This document shows positions 13,407 through 25,392 of a stretch of DNA of 64,000 nucleotides, one piece after another (position 1 is the stretch's first letter; the number at the start of each line of letters is the position of its first letter). The notes beneath the pieces are model-generated. The model was not told the origin of the DNA and searched no databases. It saw only the letters and a list, made by a program, of their open reading frames with translations. Both the position numbers and the translations under genes were made by a program. Origin of the DNA: Bigelowiella natans CCMP2755 (taxonomy: Eukaryota; Protista; Cercozoa); NCBI GenBank assembly GCA_000320545.1, contig ADNK01003302.1:82121-146120 (forward strand). Direction: 5' to 3'.

Positions 13407-16049
13407 ATGGTCGACAGCAATATTTCGTCCAAGATTGAGATGTTCATCTCGTGTAGGAATCTCATCAACAAGGTCCACAACCGATGAGATTGGTTAATGA
13501 TGTCAGATTATGCCTTATCCCACGCTCACAGAGTGGTCATAAGATCGATTTATAATGTTCCGATTCTCTTCTATATCCAGTGCGCAAATCAATGTTAATA
13601 TCCCAACTACATTCCCCCCCTCCGCCCCCCCTCAACAGGACACATTCTCAAAGTCAGACCCTATGGTTAGTGTGTTCATCAAAGACGGGGTCGCTTTCAA
13701 GAAATTCTCTTTGATCGATAGAACGGAAGTCATCGAGTAAGTTTTTACAAACCTTGAAGACTGTGTATTTGCTTATGTGTTGCTTCCTAACTTCACAAGC
13801 TTGATCGTAAAATAAAACATGAGATTTATCACCTTCGTCTTCAATATTTTCATACTTATGGTGTCAATTATGGTTTGTTCATATTCTACTTGTAATCTTC
13901 ATACTTATGATGTCAATTACAGTGTATTCACATTCTACTAGTAATCGCTTGATAAATTGTGTAAATTTTCACAGCAACAACTTGAATCCGAACTTCAAGA
14001 AGCGTTTCGTGTTGGATTACCATTTCGAACGCAGGCAAGAAATTATTCTAAAGGTATCATGTTTGCTCTTTCTCGTGTCTGTGTGTACAGATTGCTAATG
14101 CTGTACTAACGGCATACCCACACTAGCAAATAATTTCTCTTCTTTCGTAACTAATTGCAACATAAAACTGATGAGTAGGTTTTTGATGTGGATTCTGCAC
14201 GATTGAGCCGACAGAGCGATCATGATTTTCTTGGTAGTAGTAGCAGAATACCCTACCTACTTTGAGTCATTATACAATTCGATTTGTTTCAACGACTTAC
14301 AGCAATTTAACGTGGACATTAGGAATGGCGCGAACAACCTTAGCAGATCTGATATCACGAGGAAAGGCAGCTCTTCCACTTACGGACCAGAAAGGGAGGC
14401 CGATGCGGAGGGGGAAGGGCTCCTTGGTCAGTCGATATCACTTAGTTGATCAAAATGATGATGTTGCTACGATGCATGATAGTTATTAACCAATATATTT
14501 TGAGTGTGTGCATGACTGCTGCACATCTTTATCATAAAGTATTATCTCAAATCTTCTTCTTAGGCAATTATTCGGTGCAATGAGATCGGCGACAGTTCAA
14601 TGCGATGCAAGGTACTATGCAGTAGTAGTGATGAAGATGATTGAGGGGGGGTGGACAATGATGGAAGTTCATTCTCACAATCGTAGCAAGCATGTTCGAG
14701 TACAAACTTTATCTCTTACACACTCCATCCATCAGCTTAACTTAAAGGGTGACGGGCTACCGAAGATGGACCTTTTTGGTCAGTTTTGACGTAATGCGGT
14801 GGTGATTCCTGCAATGATATCTATATCTATATGCATGCATGATGTAAACAAGATACAACAAGGTGGTTACATGAATCATATTCTTGGATAATAAGCAATA
14901 TACTTTCATTTCCAAGCTTGATGGTGTATCTGGTAGCATAAAGGGGGCATTGCTTTATTGGCTGTGTTGAAAATAAGTTCACGCTCTCTTCATTGGTATA
15001 TCATCAGGTCGGGCGGATCCATACTTAGAGATCTACAAGAAATCGGTAAAAAGCAGCATTATCTTACTAGACAGTCTCTCTCACCAATGAACATGCATGT
15101 ACCGTATAGAGCCTGTGTGTCAAAATTTAGACGGCGTATATAAAGAGCAATGTTTCTAATTATCCTCGTTCCTCTCCCTTGTCTCTTTAACCCCTCTCTT
15201 CTGATCTTGTGATAATTGTTGTCCATCTATAGCTGCACGATGAGACGTGGTTACCCGTGGATAAAACAGAGGTAGTAGTTGAAGTAGTTTTCACCAGCAA
15301 GAGAAGCAAGAGCTCATCGTCGATAGTAGTTCTCACTAGCAAGAGGAACAAGAGCTCATCGTTGAAGGAAGGTGGGGGGGGGGGCTCTCAACATTATTGA
15401 GAATGATGGATATCCTGATATCCCCATTATTGACCTCATCCTTCTCCTCCTCCTCAGGTGTGCAAGTACACTTATAACCCAAGATGGAAGATTAAAGATA
15501 TTTCACTTGCGGACCTGTGCAATGGCCAGAGAAAGCGCCCACTTCTCTTCAAATGCTTTGATTGGGACAAGTATGTACAGCTTGCTGCTATTTATGATGT
15601 GTCGTCTTTGTGTGCTTATAGCATGCACATATGACTTATGTTTCCACTAACTTGTGATGCAGGAACTCTAGTCCGGATTTTATTGGTCAATTTGAGACAT
15701 GTGTGCAGGTGAGAAGCAATGATCTCACAATAGTCTACGCTGCAGCTCTCTTCCAACATGATTGCTTATGCACCGTATCAACCTCCTCCTCCTCCTCCTC
15801 TTCCTCCTCCTAATTTACCCTAGGATCTCGAGGAAAAGTCGCCGTTGTGCGAGTTTAAGCTACGGAAGCCAAAGGATGCCGGAAAGCGCAGACCGAAGGA
15901 CCGTGGCAGTATCAGCGTTGGGATTAAGATGTATAAGCAGCATTCCTTCCTCGATTACGTTAGGGGGGGTTGTCAAATCAATCTCATGATAGCAATCGAT
16001 TTCACCGCATCAAACGGTTTGTTTGTTGTCGCAATGTATAGCTTAGTAG

Positions 16050-16088
<39 letters not shown>

Positions 16089-16885
16089 AGAAGCCCCTCT
16101 CAGCTCATGTCATCCAATGTCATGTCATATCATGTCATGTCATGCAGGAGATCCCAGTAACAACCGCAGCCTGCATTACATCGGTAGCGGACATGCCAAC
16201 GCCTATCAACAGGCCATTGCAACTATTGGGTAAGGAGGGAGAGCAGAGAGAAAGGGGAGGAGGGGGGGGAACAAAATTGCTACGACTACAAAGTTTTTCT
16301 CTATGCCATAGCCTCATTCGTATTGGGATGCTATCATTTTTTCACGTCGTATCTCCTTCCCGCTCCTCCTCCTCCTCCTCCTCCTCCTCCTTCCTCCTCC
16401 TTCCTCCTTCCTCCTTTCCCACCACTCTTGTTTTTTTCCCTGTATCATCATCATCATAATGATTATCATTATCACCAACAAACGAGCAACAAAACAACCA
16501 ACCGATCAGGAACATACTGGTGCCGTATGATAGTGATAATAAATATCCTGTCTTTGGATTTGGAGCTAGAATTAAGGTGCTGGGTGGGGTGCTAATACAT
16601 ACATCATGCAGTACGATCATCATCATCATCATCATCATCTTCTTCTTCTACTTCTTCCTGTACTTAGTAGTAGTAGTAGTAGTAGTAGAAGTAGTATAGT
16701 AGTAGTACACACACAGCATCCTCCTTCGTCAAGCCATTCCATGTGTGTAGATCAACCAAGCAACCATGTACTACTTGTTATTGTTATGTAGAGGACTAAC
16801 AGCGTGGAGCATTGCTTCGCACTTAACATGAATGACTCAAATCCAGAGATATCTGGTGTGCAGTCTATCCTCAATACCTACAGGT

Positions 16886-16921
<36 letters not shown>

Positions 16922-19900
16922 TCTTAGAGAGAGGAACAGGAAAAAAAAGAGGAAAAAGAAGATGATGATGATGATGATGATAATCAAGGAGGAGAGTGAA
17001 TGGTAACCGTTTCGGTGGTCATGATCATCATGATCATGATCATCATCATCATCATCATGATGGTCATCACCATCGTCATCACCATCATCATCACCACCAC
17101 CACCACTCAGTTACATAGTTGCTCATCATGCCCTTGTAGTAGTAGATACGCACTTATCCCTCCTCCTCTCATTAACCTTCTAATCTGTTCTTCTTGTAGG
17201 GCTGCATTCAATCATGTGTTGCTCTCTGGTCCGACTTATTTTAGTGAGGTACTACTATACTATACATATATGCTGTTACTCAATCATTTTAATCCGTACT
17301 CCTCTTTACCCCCCTCCCTCCCATTTTTTTTTTGATTTTTTACTTGCTAAAATGGTCAATTTATTCCGTGCTGGCTTTGGGGTTGTGTCTTCCCTGTTTC
17401 ATAATCCTCCTTCTCCTCCTCGTTCCTCCCCCCCAAGGTCGTTGGCACAGCTGCAGCGAACGCATCTTCAAGTCAGTTTGATTCGTCGAGGCAAGAGTGA
17501 GTAGTGAAAACACCAAACGATCAATAGTATTATTATTGTTGTTATTGATGATAATGATCATGCTCGTGGTGGTGGCAAAGAATGCTGCTACTACTGCTGC
17601 CGCTGATGATGATGATGATGATGATGATGAGTATGAGCTTGATATCCATCGATAATTTCTCTCTTGTTCTTCTATAAATTCCACCTCTCCCCCTCCTCTC
17701 GTACCAGTATACTATACTACTGATTCTAACGGATGGCAGGTAGCAGCGGCACGACATAAGATTCACACAAATAATGAGGTCTCCAATCAGATACGACATA
17801 AGATTCACACAAATAATAATGAGGTCTCCAATCAGATGGTGGCACCAATTTGAGTATTTGTTGTCTTGTGGTGAGAAAACAGAAAGGAGCCGTGCATTGG
17901 ACCTTCATCGTTTTGTTATGCTCCTGCTCTTGTGTGATATCCTTCTGCTCTTGTGTGATGTGTTGTGACGTTTTTGGTTGGCATAGTCGTCACTTATACT
18001 TGTTACTTCTCACCCCTTTTCCGCCCCCCCCCTTTCAGATTCGACGATGAGAGACAGACAATCGACCAAATCGTTGGTATTATCATGTATTTTGTGGGGG
18101 AAGGGGCACGCGAGATGAAGAAGACGGAAAAGAAACAGAAGAATGTCATTTCATAAAAGAAAATTAGAGACATTGTTGAGGAGTCAACTTCCCAGCCTAA
18201 TCTTCACTAACGACCCCTTCCGTCCTTACAGTAATATGATTTTTAAAATATGATCTGATATGATTGAACAAGGTGCCTCAACTCTTCCTTTAAGCATTAT
18301 CATCGTTGGGGTGGGGAATGCTGACTTCAGGTAGTTGGTTGCTGCCATTATTATCATCCCATCATCATTGAAACATGAGTAGAACAATATTCAACAAGAA
18401 GAACCGTTTCGATGATTCCCAAGTTGCTGCTGCTAATGCTGCTGCTAATGCTCTCTCTGATGATATGTCTGCCATGGGTATATCGGTTGTCTGCAATGTG
18501 TGTTCTTCTTCATTAGTGCAATGGAAAAACTAGATGGTGATGAAGTGCGGTTATGCTCCTCGACAGGACAGGTCATCATCATCATCATCATCATCATCAT
18601 TATCATTATCATCATCATCAATATCTTTGTTTTGTTCTCTTCTTCCAAGAGGGCATACCGAGATATCGTACAATTTGTTCCCTATCGGAAATTCAACTCG
18701 CCTGAGCTGCTTGCGGTAAAGATAATGCTGCTGCTGCTGCTGATGATGATGATGAATGATGTATGGAACATGGTCATATATCCATACTTTGATGATACTA
18801 TTTTAGAGCAGCAGCAGCACCTGTGACATTGCCCTGTTCTTCCCCTCCCACCCCCCCCTCCTCCTCCTCCTCCTCTTCCTCCTCTTCTACCATCTTGCAG
18901 AAGGAGACTCTACAGGAAGTTCCGCACCAATTTCTTAGTTTTACGAAGCTTAAAAGTAACAATAGCAAGTAGCAGTAGTAGTAGTAACAGTAGCGGTGAT
19001 GGTGGTGGTTATACGTGCTGTCTTCGTCTTCCCATATGCTTGTAGTAGTAGTAGTAGTGATTTGATATTACAATGAATGAGTCTCTTGTCCATCTTTCTT
19101 CCCCTTCCATCCTCTTCTTCTTCTTCTTCTTCTTCTTCTTCTTCTTCCTGCATCCTACTCCTCCTACCTCTTGTCAGATGTAAAGCCTTTAGACACTAAG
19201 TACGACTTCAATGCCTCCGTATCCGAGCTACCTGTACTTGCTCATCAGCCATCGGCGCATGTGCTTTCTAGGTCTTCTTCTTCTTCTTCTTCTTCTTCTT
19301 CTTCTTCTTCTTCTTCGACTTAATGAACGTTTCGTGCCATCAACGTCGTAAATGTGCATCAGTGTTTCCCAATGGGACTTTCTCACTCTTCTTCTACTTC
19401 TTCTTCAGAATGGCTACAGCCTACGATCTCAAGACTAATAAGCCGCCGCTAGGAGCAGCTATGTACCATGCCGCTGCTGCATCCTCTGCTACTGCCAATG
19501 TACTTCTCTCGGTACTTTAGTACCATTACCAATAGGAGCAGTAGTTGCAATAATAATAATAGTTGTTGTTGTTGTTGTTGTAAGTAGGTCGTACTCACAC
19601 ACGCATGCACACGTCCATATATATATATATATATATATATAGATATATATTGTGCGTATATACGCAAAGTATGCAACTGTCTCACAGCGACTCTCACGAT
19701 GATTATTAGTCGTAGTACGTGATTGGTTTTGCTTACTCCTCCTGCTGCTCTTGCTGCCTCTCTGTCTTGTCTACCAATGCATCCTAGTAGTAAGTACTAG
19801 TAGGGTGGTCTTGTTATCTTAATAATTCCTCGTTCCCCTTTGGTGGCTTCTTCCTTAACAATATACTCCTCCCCTTTGTAGGTTCCTCCTCCTCAAGCTG

Positions 19901-20157
19901 CTGCTACTTCTGTTGGTGGTGGTATAATCGGGAGGAATCATATCACAAGGCCAACTGTCCCAACGACCTATTCAACTCCCTCCTCTTCGCAATATCAGCA
20001 TCATCAGCATCATCAGCAACCAGCCATTGTTACTACTACTACCGTAGTGCCTACCCCCACCAGTACCACCATCCCAACAACCTACCAACCACCACACCAA
20101 CCGCCTTCAGGAGCAGGATGGTGGCAGAGCGCCGCTGCTGCACAGGTACTACTACAC

Positions 20158-20189
<32 letters not shown>

Positions 20190-20826
20190 TAACAACATGG
20201 AAAGAAAGAAACCAACGTTTTTGGTTTGCTCCAGCATGCGAATATGCGATTGTACCACCAATAAACTGAACACTCAGCCTTATTATACATTTCATTTTTC
20301 TCTACCACTCTCATGATTATTCGTCATCAGCCACAAGTCGTATTCAGTGCACCACAATCACAGCAGCAGCAGCAGCCGCAAGTAGCACATTCTTCAGGGA
20401 CAGCATACTACGCTCCCCCAACGCAGACAACGCCAACAACAGTGGTAGTAGTAGTCGCTCTTTCACACCAAAGATGCATGCCATCATCATCCCCTCCCGC
20501 CCCCCCTCTCATAAATTTGATTGTTGAAACTATAGCAGCAACCAACTGCTGCACAACTCCAAGCACAAATCAGGGCTGCTGCACAGCGAATGGATTTTGT
20601 TACGGCACAGAAACTAAAAGAGCAGCTTGATAAGCTCACAATCTCACAGCAGCAGCAGCAGCAGCAGGTGATCCTCTCGACCGATTCTTTTCTGATTGCG
20701 ACAAAGTACAATGTGTGATGCAAAAATGATATACATTCGTTCTTCTGAAGCATTCCTCCCGCCTTCTTTCATCTATAGGGTGCCAGTGCTCCACCGCCCT
20801 CTTTCGAGGCAGCAGTGTATAGATGA
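13407..20826 (+). CDS. CPNE: Copine (C2-C2-VWA) with a Pro/Gln-rich C-terminal tail; more than 20 exons
   Basis: Exon peptides: IEMFISCRNLINK|DTFSKSDPMV, NNLNPNF, LPKMDLFG, CKYTYNPRW, SFLDYVRGGCQINLMIAIDFTASNG, YDSDNKYPVFGFGA, LSGPTYF, LLILTDG, LPLSIIIVGVGNADF, RDIVQFVPY. Confidence 0.93.
15283..15365. repeat. Intronic tandem duplication, 2 x ~41 bp
   Basis: AGTAGTTYTCACYAGCAAGAGRARCAAGAGCTCATCGTYGA occurs twice. Confidence 0.85.
17751..17837. repeat. Intronic tandem duplication, 2 x ~42-45 bp
   Basis: ACGACATAAGATTCACACAAATAAT(AAT)GAGGTCTCCAATCAGAT occurs twice. Confidence 0.9.
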
Positions 20827-21266
20827 GTTTTTGCGTGTAACGAGCTTCATATTGTGTAGCATAGCATACTTAGATCACAGAATGCTACCATCATTACATT
20901 ATTCATATTCTGCACACGATCCATCTACTAGATCATACCTAGTAGTTTCACAGGCTTTGCAAGCTATGTGTGAATGATATACATCCTGCTGGACTTTACA
21001 TGTGCGATATGTATATGTGTCCATACCGTTCAGTAGTGTTGCAAGACTATTCTTCAAGCTGTATTAGCAGCAGCAGAATAGCTTGTATTAGCAGCGCATT
21101 CTGCTGTGATGCGCGTGGAGCTTGGCTTCGATCATATGTATGCGGCTATTCTTGTACACCATGTACATGTATCTATGCACAGCACTACGTGCTTAAATGC
21201 AAGTTGCGTGCTATAGTCGGATCACATTAGTGGTCGATGCTTGTTAATGTAACTCGTAGCATCGCG

Positions 21267-21373
21267 ATGTGAGACGGATGTAATTAGCAAATGGGATCTT
21301 TACAAAGCTAGCTGCTAGAATGGTCATTCTAATCTAGCCATAATGTATGCAATGAAACTGCGGTACAGCACTT
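21267..21373 (-). repeat. Dispersed intergenic repeat, copy B (reverse orientation)
   Basis: Reverse complement contains AGTGCTGTACCGCAG...ATTAGAATG...ATTACATCCGTCTCACAT, matching copy A. Confidence 0.6.
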
Positions 21374-21789
21374 GCATCGCGATCTAGCGATATGCGTGCT
21401 AGCTAGCTAGCTAGCTAGCTAGATAGCTAGCTAGATAGCTAATGAAGCCTAGCTTTGTGTCTAACCAGCGTACGCTAGTACGTGCCGAAGTCACATGCAC
21501 TCCACGCACTATAGTCTAGTACTGTGCACAGTCTAGCAGTGGCCTTCTAGCCTTTCTAGCTACGCTTTATTTCAATCTTACTATGTCCCTGCCTACTAGC
21601 TGCGTGTGATCGACCACTTGACGCACATGCACAGCACTCGATCAGCAACGCTCTAGCTAGCGCTAGAATGTAGCGCATATCTCTAGAGCTAGACATGCAT
21701 GGCTAGATGGTGCAATAAACTATTGCAATATCTTAACATATTCCCCACGCATTTCTATGCAAAAACAACTCAACATGTAAGGTGATTGC

Positions 21790-23804
21790 TTATTCGTCTG
21801 TTACACATCCTTCGGATGCAGATTTCACAAGACGGACAAATTTTCCAAGCGTTCCCCTTTCAGCGGGGATTGGAGGTGGGGTGAATTTGGCCCTTCTCGC
21901 ATCCATCTCTTCCGGACTCAATCTCACATCAATTGTAGCTTTCGTCTCCTTTGTGCTATCGTCAGGCACGATGATATCGATCATATCCCCATCTTCAAGC
22001 AATGCAATTGGTCCCCCAACCTGCGCCTCACGAGTAACGTGACCGATAATAAAACCGTGAGATCCTCCCGGAGAAGCGACCGTCGTGATCAGCGCACAGT
22101 CAAGATGCAGCCTGCTCCAACAATGGCTGATGTTGGTGTGAGCATTTCAGGCATTCCTGGCCCACCTTTTGGGCCCTCGTATCTGATCACAATTACATGC
22201 TTCACTCCCTTCTTTATCTTACCATCCTCTAGAGCCTTTAGCATATCCTCCTCGGAGTCATATACAAGTGCCGAACCAGTAAAGTTGTTTCCTTCCTTTC
22301 CTGTGATCTTCGCTACTGCACCACCGGGAGCGACATTTCCGTAAAGAATGCGGATATGACCGGTGCTCTTAATCGGTTTCTCCAGCGGCATGATAATGTC
22401 CTGCGCCTGGAAGTCGAGATCCTTCTCCTCCTGGAGGTTCTCAGCAAGAGTTTTCCCGGTGCATGTCATACAATCACCATTAATTAGCCCGCGCTGGAGT
22501 AGATACTTAAGGACCGCGGGAGTTCCTCCAATGCGATGCATATCTTCCATTACATATTTGCCGCTGGGCTTCAGGTCTGCTATGAAGGGTACCTTTTGAC
22601 TGATTCTGTTAAATTCTTCGATGTCAAGTTTCACACCAGCCGAGCGAGCCATTGCGAGAAGGTGCAGAACCGCATTTGTAGACCCTCCGAGTGCCATGGT
22701 AATTACGATTGCGTTTTCAAAGGACTCTCTCGTCATTATATCCCGCGGTTTGATGTTGAGCTTGAGGAGGTTCTTGATAGCCTTCCCAACCTCAAGGCAT
22801 TCATCCTGTTTCATCTGACTGTCCGCAGGAAATGATGACGAGTGTGGAAGCGACATCCCCATAGTTTCAATGGCAGTAGCCATTGTGTTCGCCGTGTACA
22901 TTCCCCCGCAAGCACCAGGGCCTGGGCACGAGTTCCTAACGATATCTTTCCTTTCATCTTCATTCACACTGCCAGAAATGAACTGCCCATAGCTTTGGAA
23001 TGCAGATACAATATCAAGTGTATCACCCGAAAGCTTGCTGCAACCAGCACGGATTGTTCCTCCGTACACCATGATGGAAGGACGATTAAATCTGGCCATG
23101 GCCATGACACATCCTGGCATATTTTTATCACAACCAGGTAGCGAAATGTTGGCGTCGTACCATTGCCCACCCATTACGGTTTCGATAGAATCAGCAATAA
23201 GATCTCGAGATTGTAACGAGAAGCCCATGCCCCTAGTCCCCATCGAAATACCGTCGCTAACACCGACAGTGTTGAAACGATATCCAACCATTCCCTCTTT
23301 CTGAACACCCTCTTTCACCTACAATAACAAAAACTATTGAGCAAGTTGGGAACTTATTTTCAAAATCAATAAGAAACCTTTCCTGCGAGGTCCAGCAGGT
23401 GCATATTGCAAGGATTGCCCTCGTACCATACGCTAGAGATACCGACTTGAGGTTTTGCCATGTCCTCCTCTTTCAATCTGCAGGGGAAATTCAATTGGTT
23501 CTTAGAGGGTGTAGTACCAACTCGAGATAATACATACCCGGTTGCGTATAACATAGCCTGGGACGCACCTTGCTTTTTTGGCTGATTAATGCAACCAATG
23601 GTCAAGTCCTGCATACCCCCCCCCCACCCCCGCCCTCATTCAACACCCTTCATTAGTTTTCCATCATCATATTCGTAGAACCTGCGTAATATTTTTACTG
23701 AATCTATTCAGTTCTTCCTCTTCTGTGGAGAAGCATCGAGTGATCTGGCTTCTTCGGTTGGTTAGTCGGCGCAGAAGGGCACGGGGGGGGGAGACTCTCC
23801 ACAT
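21790..23804 (-). CDS. ILV3: Dihydroxy-acid dehydratase with mitochondrial-type presequence; apparent frameshifts at ~22066-22112
   Basis: Motifs [84 protein letters not shown]. Exon 1 reads [27 protein letters not shown]. Three short introns near the 5' end. Confidence 0.95.
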
Positions 23805-23947
23805 CGTCGACAGCGAGAACAAGATCAGGAAATGGTGTTATTTTTATCTGACGACATATGTTTTTTTATTGTCGCAGTATGAAAAGCAGACGCTCTTTTT
23901 CAAAGAGCGAGAGACAACCGAGGAGACTACTTGCCGGAGCAAATGTA

Positions 23948-25131
23948 GTTTTTCATCATTGTTCTCATGTCACACTTTGGAGATGATGTGGTTTTTCATC
24001 ATTGTTCATTGTTCATTGCACTGCGTTTCGCACACTGCAATCATTGTCTTGCAACACTTTGGAAGTGCAGTTTGTCATCATTGTTTCATGGTTTCACTTG
24101 GGGAGAAGCAGATCTGGTCGTTCAACACACAAAGTGTCTTTCTGCTTGCCGGGTTGTCTCCAGCTAGCCAGTGGTCGCAGCCTTGAAGGCAAAAATTCTC
24201 ATTTTCTGTGGTGATGCAATTGATGCTGCTGAAATTGCGGAAATGATCACAATCAGTGATGCAGTTTTCTGCGCCGCGATCGTTCTTGATGCAGAAACAG
24301 AAACACTTCTTCTTCAGTGACATTTTTCCCACACGCCGCAACGGTGCAGAACAAGTGCACGTCCTGTTTGTCTGTGCGATGGAAGCCGCGACGAACACGC
24401 TTCGTGCATGCGAACCTGGGAATCAATGATTGATGTGTTCACTCATTGTTCGTTCCATCCCCAGCCAGCCAGCCGGCGTTCATTGGCACCCGGCGTGTGC
24501 AATGATGAAGAATCGAAGGCTGGAATTCCTGTCATTCACCTCGGACGATGAGTTGCTGTCGTGCGCCTGAGATGATGCGATGGACAGAGTGCACTGGTGC
24601 AATGCATCCATTCCACGTTGAATTGAGCGCTAGCAGCTCTCTAGCTCTCCATCTTGCAATGATGTTGATGAGTGAGTGATGAAGCAAGTCTTCCAGTCTT
24701 GACAAAAGTGGAAAATGTCTGATGAGCACCAGAGCATCTAGCTAGCTAGAGCGTGCTAGCATGCGATGCTGTGAGCATCTGATGAGTGCGATGCGTGCAA
24801 TGAAGGCATGGAATCCGCAAATAGAATCGAATGTTGAATGAGCCCCATCATCGGAAAATCCCATGCAGAATGACTAGATGAATCCATGAAAATTCATGTG
24901 ATGAACGAGGATGAAGATGTGCACGCACGATCATGCTCACATCGCATGAAGAATGAAATGCAAACCGCGTGCGTGCAGTGCTGCTAGAGTGTGCAAGCTG
25001 TTGCTGACGACAGCAACATGTCTAGGTGTGTGCTGGAGTTGGATGGCAACGTGCAACTGACACCATGCAAGCATGCGCGGTGCCATCTAGCCATGGCAGC
25101 AATGCCAAACAGCGCGATCGAGCATGAATCT
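23948..25131. other. TpA-depleted island 1 (TA survives essentially only in CTAG)
   Basis: 12 TA dinucleotides in ~1.18 kb by manual count: 11 in CTAG and 1 in ATAG. Confidence 0.9.
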
Positions 25132-25392
25132 TTACTCTCTAATCTTGTTTCATCAATGTGTTGAATAATTGATGTTCTAGTTTCTTTAATTTATTTTGAA
25201 TTGGTTTATAAGTCAATTAACACGCTAATAAACGAATAATACGTGCAACCGCTCGAACTGTATGCTCTAACTTTAGAGTTATCAAAATCCCAATGCAATG
25301 TGGAGTGGCCACGTTTTGGCTTAAATTTCTCAACTTTCAATATTAACTGCACCATTTATTCTTCATGATGAGAACTAACCAGCTGGAGGTTT

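Noticed and set aside
17751-17837. Direct repeats resembling a CRISPR array (also 15283-15365 and 46638-46819)
   Set aside because: Only two adjacent copies, no unique spacers, eukaryotic context and no cas genes.
16051-20753. Homopolymeric ORFs (poly-M, I, S, L, E, H)
   Set aside because: They are translations of intronic trinucleotide microsatellites.
22030-22112. Programmed frameshifting or RNA editing in ILV3
   Set aside because: Three mixed-sign indels plus a substitution within ~80 bp and no slippery site fit a low-quality consensus better.
23725-24729. Several overlapping 65-153 aa ORFs in island 1
   Set aside because: Loss of TA removes TAA/TAG stops and inflates ORF length in every frame; no recognisable domain.
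23948-25131. CpG-methylation decay or classical RIP as the cause of the TG/CA excess
   Set aside because: CpG is abundant in the islands, and RIP would increase TA instead of removing it.
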